From NCBI RefSeq assembly GCF_000400465.1, contig NW_008806276.1:20001-82000 (forward strand): DNA of 62,000 nucleotides. The letters are read 5' to 3'. The DNA comes from Wallemia ichthyophaga EXF-994. Taxonomy: Eukaryota; Fungi; Basidiomycota. Below the pieces are notes generated by a model that was given only the letters and a program-made list of their open reading frames with translations, made no database searches and was not told the origin of the DNA. This document shows, piece after piece, positions 56,186 through 62,000 of this stretch; the first letter of the stretch is position 1, and each line of letters opens with the position of its first letter. Position numbers and translations under genes: made by a program.

Positions 56186-57181
56186 TTATGACTCAGTCTT
56201 GCCATCTTCAATTTGAAATCCTGTGTTTGATTTCTTCATACTGATTGTACGTGATGGCCAAATCAGCCAGACGCTGATAGCCAGTAGCATCGGTGCCGCG
56301 TCAAACACGAAAAAGCAGGCTTCGCTCTTTTGCACGGAATTTCCCTCACCACCGCTCAACTCTATGACTCGGTAAACGAGGCGGACCAGTATGAAGAATG
56401 AGCTAGTTGCGAGCAGTATTAGTACTTTGTCGATATTTCTGCCAACGGCTGTACTTCTCAAGTTTGGAACTCTACGGAATCGACAGTCTGTGACGATCGC
56501 TATAAAGCACAGATAAGATATAAGCTGCGCAATCATTCCAGCTAGCGTCAACTTGTTACCGTTGCTGCGTTGGTCGGATGAGATCTCCATGAGTTGCCCC
56601 GCAAATTGTGCTAAGAATGTGGTAATATCCGACCAGACAAATATATGCTTAATCGTTCGTGGAGATGCGATGGTGACACTGCCTTTCGATATGCGACTGT
56701 CATTCTTTAGGTTGTGAGAGATGCGACCGAAGACCAGATAGTTGAAAGCCAGATACGCGACCGGCGCGACCAAGATGAAGACGTCTCCCGCAATAAACAA
56801 GCCTGGTAAGTCGTGTCAGTCTTCCTTTGTTGTATTATGTTGATGTCCCACCCATCGACATCGTTTCTGCAAAACGAATCTTATTCGGATACCCAACTCC
56901 CTCGAATAGCGCACCGATAGGTAAACAGAGTGCCCACCAATCTTTATGCATACACACGAGCACTGTAAATGCGACAGCAAGAAGAAGGTAGAGTGCACAA
57001 AACAAGTAATGAGCCCCTGGCGTAGGCTCAAAGGCTTAAATTGGTTTGAGAGGGTATAATTTGTTAACAGTAACCTACGAACAAATATATCTTTGTATTC
57101 TTCAATGGGCTGCTGTGCAGATGCAAATTGGAAAATCAGGCCCAGAAATAGCAGTTTAATGAAGAATTTAGGTATTATCAT
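56186..57181 (-). CDS. RTA1-family (lipid-translocating exporter) multi-TM protein; 3 exons
   Basis: FEPTPGAHYLFCALY...WWALCLPIGALFEGVGY; FILVAPVAYLAFNYLVFGR; IFVWSDITTFLAQFAG; G..LTLAGMIAQL; LVRLVYRVIELSGG...SEACFFVFDAAPMLLAI are RTA1 hallmarks. Confidence 0.85.
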
Positions 57182-57524
57182 TGCTTTTCAGGTCGAAAAT
57201 ATTTAATAGTATTAAAAAGGACAATATATGGCGTTTATTGAGCGATTGAGAATTTTCATCATCATCGGTCTAACTTTTGCCGTCCAAATTTGACTGGTTA
57301 ATGAGACAAGCACAGCTTTGAAGTAACTTCGGCTTAACATTCACCGGCTCTGCTGATGTCATTGCAACATAAAGTTGAGTTTAATTAGAGATTTTGCAAG
57401 TGACGAAAATAACGACAATATGGATGAAAATTGAGCTTTGTATGGCTTTTTTATATACATTTTACAATCATAATGTTCTTAATGCAGTGTTTTGTTGCTG
57501 GATGAGTGAATAAAGGAAACGCGT

Positions 57525-57885
57525 CTAGCTATTGAAGGCGCTGAGAGCTATTTTGTCTATTTGAGAAGAGTAAGTCACATGTAAGCATAATCCTGGTGCT
57601 TTTTCTATGTCCGTGCTTTCTATCTGCCTATTCTCTCTGATAAGCAGAAGTCCCCACCAGCTGAACATGATGTTAGCCGTTAATCAAGCATGACAATGCT
57701 GCCACTCACATATATGCAATGATTGTAGAGATGAAGCAAAACTGCTTTTATCAGCGAATCAGAATGATTTCATCGAAGCACTCCTCACAAGAACAGCCAA
57801 ATCGAGAAGAACGTTGAGTAGAGTTGATGTGGAGATGTTTCCGATGAGAAGGGCGGTAAAGGTTGATGGGAGGAAGGTTGCTGAG
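57525..57885 (-). CDS. 3' exons of the small membrane-protein gene, copy B
   Basis: Exons 57885-57789, 57744-57710, 57660-57525; introns at the same positions and phases as copy A; reads SATFLPSTFTALLIGNISTSTLLNVLLDLAVL-QFCFISTIIAYI-WWGLLLIRENRQIES...YSSQIDK...*. Confidence 0.65.
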
Positions 57886-58773
57886 CTGTTTATTAAACGC
57901 CATTGAGCAGTTAAATCAGCGCACCAATCAAGCCCTCGAGTAAATTAACACGATTTTCGAACATTAAAAAGTTAGATGCTGCACTTCAAGACATATCTTA
58001 CAAGTCGCAGTCATAGCCGGTGCTTCAGGCACCTTATCAACTCTTGTGATTACCTAAAATAGCTTGAGCTTGAATCGAGTTTATATTATGCCTTTAGTTA
58101 TAGAAGAAGTTAGTAAATACTCCTTCACATATTTATAGATACAACTTCTACTCTCAAACCACTACTAAACACTAGCTTACCATTTTCCGCCTCGTGACCT
58201 TGAGGTGCGAGACATTCAGCGGATTGATGGAGCGTCTTGAAACAACGGCGAGAAAGCGGGATATTCATGTTCATAGGTACGGTTATTCCCCGTATTAGTT
58301 AGAGCGCTTCAAGGCGCTTCATACGAGGGGCTAGAGATGGAAGACGGGATCCTCATACTATACTCGACGTTCTGTTGCTATTCTGTTCACCTCTCATACA
58401 TCAATGCAGCCATAATTTATAATTTAGGAGTGTTTCACAACCTCTTTTATACAATATACGCTCACTTCAGCGCAAAGGATCTTTACAGCTGCATGACTAC
58501 CATTCAAATGTATACTCAACACTTTCGGAAGTTCAGAGAGTGTAATACTTTGCTTGTGCCTCATTTCCTGCCTATGATGTCAATTTCACTGCTACTATCG
58601 CCCAGATGCAATCGATTATGTTGATTCTACACCAATTAGACGCACCACGAGAAGGCCATTTTGATCTGCTTTCACTCCACTCTACTCAAAGGATGTGCCT
58701 ATTTCGACACTGACAAGCTCGCGTCGATATACTGCGCCTCCTTTGACGCGAAGTATCATTCCTTGGTCGAGTG

Positions 58774-58781
58774 TATAAATA
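58774..58781 (+). promoter_or_regulatory. TATA box of repeat-peptide precursor gene (copy B)
   Basis: TATAAATA upstream of ATG 58829. Confidence 0.55.
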
Positions 58782-58828
58782 AGGCTGTTCTTTTTCACTA
58801 TCTCTCATCCCGCTTCTGCCACTTAAGT

Positions 58829-59200
58829 ATGAAGTTTCCAGTCACTTTAGTTCTATTAGTCGCTGTTCTTTGTTGTCTTGTCGAAGCAGCCAAGCGCCGG
58901 GGGTACAATAGAGGCATCCTCGACAAGAAAGGTATGATGCAAAAGAGAGGTATCCTCGGTAAGAAGGAATTTGGCAAGAGATACATCCTCGATAAGAGCG
59001 AATACGTCAAGAGAGGCGGATTGACTGATATCCTGGACAAGAGAGATATCTACCGCAGACAAGAAAATAATTACGACTTCGACGAACTGACAGACATGAA
59101 GAGGGGTATCCTCAGTCGTCAAGATAACGATGACCTCGAGGAACTTTCAGCCATCAAGAGAGAGATTCTCAAGCGTCAAGATGATGAAACGCTCGAATGA
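58829..59200 (+). CDS. Secreted Kex2-processed repeat protein (KEP-like), copy B
   Basis: Translation identical to copy A. Confidence 0.8.
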   Translation: MKFPVTLVLLVAVLCCLVEAAKRRGYNRGILDKKGMMQKRGILGKKEFGKRYILDKSEYVKRGGLTDILDKRDIYRRQENNYDFDELTDMKRGILSRQDNDDLEELSAIKREILKRQDDETLE

Positions 59201-59385
59201 CTAGCTATTGGGTAAATATCAGGTCCACTCGCCATATTTTTAATATGATTCTCTGAATTCACGATTGTATGTTTTAGAAATAAATGTTGTTTACTGTAAT
59301 TAATGAAAGACATTAAAGATATCAGAGGGGTATATAAATAATCTAAAAGAGTGCAATAGCACTGACCGGACTCGCCTTGAAGGCG

Positions 59386-59703
59386 TCAGTACGAGAGCGA
59401 GTATTGATTAGTGTGTTTGAAATCATAGACCATTACGCTGAGCTCGTAGATGTAGTCGTTGAGGTCGTCGCGCTCCTGCTTCAATTGCTTGTTGAAACTT
59501 CTCAAGTACTCAACTTCAGCTTTCAAGGAGGATTGCAAGCGTTGACGTTCGCCGTGCCGAGTATTGCAGCAGAGATGCAGAGACTCCGCCTCATTCTTAG
59601 TAATTTCTGAGCCAGAGACATCGCGTACAATGTCTATTCCTGTTAGCAAGTGCTGATATAGATCACAATCAATCGTCTTACTTTTCTCGCTTTTTTGGAT
59701 CAT
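59386..59703 (-). CDS. Small hypothetical coiled-coil protein, copy B
   Basis: Translation identical to copy A. Confidence 0.45.
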   Translation of the reverse strand: MIQKSEKSKTIDCDLYQHLLTGIDIVRDVSGSEITKNEAESLHLCCNTRHGERQRLQSSLKAEVEYLRSFNKQLKQERDDLNDYIYELSVMVYDFKHTNQYSLSY

Positions 59704-59947
59704 TTATGCAGTGAGGATATAAGAGGAGAAGAAACTGAGTAGACTCTGCACGGACTGCGTGGTCCCGCTCGGAATCCGCTCATACGAATCTAGGGTGGTG
59801 AAAATCCGTGCCTGGAAACATCACAAGTATGTTTCCGGTAACAGTCGATGTTAAGCCTTCCTCAAACACTTGCAGATAAATGTTCAAGTAATATTGCGTG
59901 TATTATCTATCAACATCTCTATCAAGCTACTTATTACGAAGACATGA

Positions 59948-60288
59948 TCAGCTATCCTGCCTCTCGAGCTCATCTAGTACCTTGTACGCTCCCTTCTCTT
60001 CCAATGCCTTGATGAAAAGGATCCGTGCCATCTCGTCGTCCCCGAAGCGATGGAGCTTAAGCACCTCATTTCGGTAGTCAGGCCTAACTCCGAAAAGAGC
60101 GTGTGCAGCTGTATCCGTATCCAGCGAGAAGTTTGCGTTTGAGTGGGAGCGTGAATAACTACCAAAAGCACTCTTGATGTCGAGCATGTCAGGTTGATCT
60201 TCTTCGATAGCAAAATTAAACTTACAGATACCGGAGCAGCAAGCACAGAGCCTAAAACTATCCCAGTAAAGGCTGCTGCAAGCTTCAT
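59948..60288 (-). pseudogene. Small secreted-protein gene with apparent frameshift, copy B
   Basis: Same two-frame arrangement as copy A. Confidence 0.4.
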
Positions 60289-60483
60289 GAGTTGAAGATG
60301 TGGCGGATGTAAGTTCTCGCTGAGCAAAAGCTCCCGAGGGGGAAGCTTTCGGGTAAAAGCATACGCTAGCTCTTCTAATAATTTTAAATGATGATGTCAT
60401 TTAATAATTAGGAGCATAAAGAGTCGTAAATGGCTATCATTGTATTATCGTAAATATTGGCACATTTCAATTACATCAAAGAA

Positions 60484-61092
60484 TCAAATATTATCCCCCG
60501 CATGTTCCGTGAAGAACTGGAATCTTGCAATCCCTTCAATATCTAGCTTACCTTCGAAAAATAACTGACTACCTCCGCAAGGACTTTTGCTCAAATCAAT
60601 AGTCTTATCTGAGTGATCATTAAGTACGGCGTATCCATGCCAACTATCGTCAAACTTTTGCTTTATACATTTAGTAGACCCCCTCGGTTTCTCGTTTGTT
60701 AACTTGTGGTTCATCGCACTTGATATCTTTTCCAAATGTGGATACTTGGTACATGAATTTTCGACGTGGAATTTGTAAGTGTTGTCTGATATTGCCGTTT
60801 CAATCACATTACATCTATATGTATACCAATCATAGATGGCAATGCCACTGTCATACGCAGCTCTCAGACCAAATGACAAGATTCCGATAGAGAACCAGAT
60901 TGGAACCTGATGCGTTGGAGAGCTATTGACAGGCAAATATTTAGGAAAAACCACGCGCATACTTTGAGATATAGAGTAAAAAATAGAAACATTTTCGAAT
61001 GTCAAGCATTCATTATGAATGAAGTAGTTAGTGATAAGCTTGAGAAATAATGCTGCGCAATTGATGGCTATGACTTTGTGAATCGTTACCAT
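60484..61092 (-). CDS. Putative secreted CSS2/killer-toxin-like protein, 202 aa, copy B
   Basis: First 128 residues identical to copy A; 14 substitutions afterwards and a frameshifted tail; the four domain cysteines and the SWHGY motif are kept. Confidence 0.6.
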   Translation of the reverse strand: MVTIHKVIAINCAALFLKLITNYFIHNECLTFENVSIFYSISQSMRVVFPKYLPVNSSPTHQVPIWFSIGILSFGLRAAYDSGIAIYDWYTYRCNVIETAISDNTYKFHVENSCTKYPHLEKISSAMNHKLTNEKPRGSTKCIKQKFDDSWHGYAVLNDHSDKTIDLSKSPCGGSQLFFEGKLDIEGIARFQFFTEHAGDNI

Positions 61093-61524
61093 ATGATGAG
61101 AGTTGAGAGGATAGGACGCGACAGTGGATAGGCTGCTCGAAAGATTTCAATAATGATAACATTTCGTCTTTGACATTAATTCTGATTACTTACTGAACAC
61201 CCACTTCCAACTCCCAAACCTCTAGATGAGACGCTTCAATTTTAAACTTAGAATTCCATAAACCGTAATTGTTTATTCAATTTACTTGAAGCTCCTCCGG
61301 CTGAAACTTTGTGTCATTTTGTCTACGACAACAGGAAACGCCCAATATTGAGACAATGACGCATTAAAGTACACGCCTTTTTATTTGTTTACAAGCTTCA
61401 GCCGAATCACTTGGCAGTTTCATTAAATGACGAGATGTGATGATAGAAGTGAGAAACATCAGCCCAGCTGGCTTTATAAGAAGCGCTATATCTTTCTTTC
61501 TTCTTCACAACTAAGAAAATTGAA

Positions 61525-62000
61525 ATGTACTTCAACAACGTCAAAGCTCTCGCCGTTCTCGCCTTTACTAGCGCCATCGTATTAGTAGCCGCTGCACCTA
61601 ACCCAGCTGGCAACATCTCGTATCGCGGAGATGTAGGAGATGTCGGTCACAAGAATGAAAACTCTGAAAAGGGTGTGGATGCCAAGAACAACGATAATTA
61701 CGACAAATACGATAAGCAAGACAAGGAATCTCACGAAGAGGCGCTCAAGAAGCACAGCAAAGAGGTCGAAAAGCAGAAAATGCTGACGAAAGAAGCTGCC
61801 GAAAAGAACAAAGCAAATGACAAGGTTGGTAATGACGAAGCTTGCTGAAAATTGGCTTACACAGTAATAGAACCAGAAGACAGACGAGTACTGGAAGGGT
61901 GAGAAGAAAGATGACAACACGTACGACAACAAGTCTGGTAATAAGAAGCAAGACAATCAGTACGACACCAGTAAGAAACAAGATTCTGGCAAGCACGATA
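61525..62000 (+). CDS. Secreted K/D/N/H-rich repeat protein, copy B (truncated by window end)
   Basis: Identical exon 1, intron and start of the repeat exon as copy A. Confidence 0.75.

Larger units (their letters stand above)
57521..62000 (+). repeat. Segmental duplication, copy B (runs off window end)
   Basis: Mirror of copy A: diverged ~57521-58360, near-identical from 58582. Confidence 0.95.

Noticed and set aside
45998-62000. Duplication as an LTR pair or transposon, or as pure assembly artefact
   Set aside because: No gag/pol or transposase, terminal inverted repeats or TG...CA ends seen. The diverged flank and internal divergence island argue for two real loci, although long reads are still needed.

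Overview
Eukaryotic, intron-rich fungal DNA. Short 35-55 nt GT-AG introns with CTAAC/CTGAC branch points and extreme gene compaction point to a basidiomycete, most plausibly a Wallemia-like yeast/mould (inference, no database search run). Three zones. (1) 1-2000: AT-rich, no clear gene. (2) ~2080-44870: very dense housekeeping block (CPSF100, DUF1749 hydrolase, dephospho-CoA kinase, TM-SH3 protein, SEC16, AP-2 beta, LIM protein, RPB8, 24-aa-repeat coiled-coil protein, METTL14/KAR4, tRNA-Leu(UAA), MMM1, mini Zn2Cys6, YSC84-like, HADH, an unknown, RPL25, GRH1, PRP6, EPL1, FCF2, ALG7, DPP1, small membrane protein, ARL2, FYV4, spartin-like), with several head-to-head pairs whose ATGs are <60 bp apart. 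(3) ~44900-62000: AT-richer accessory region with two direct copies (offset 12584-12586 bp) of a cassette of lineage-specific genes: a spliced 2-TM membrane gene missed by the ORF track, a Kex2-type multi-KR repeat peptide precursor, a small coiled-coil ORF, a disrupted small secreted gene, a Cys-containing protein resembling the CSS2/killer-toxin-related domain, and a secreted K/D/H-rich repeat protein. Between the copies lie a decayed agmatinase, a decayed amino-acid permease, a Zn2Cys6 regulator and an RTA1-family exporter. The duplicated cassette is the best candidate for an undescribed system (secreted antagonism or peptide signalling plus self-protection), but that reading is inference. 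No CRISPR array, rRNA or recognisable transposase was seen. Exon boundaries were placed by eye.
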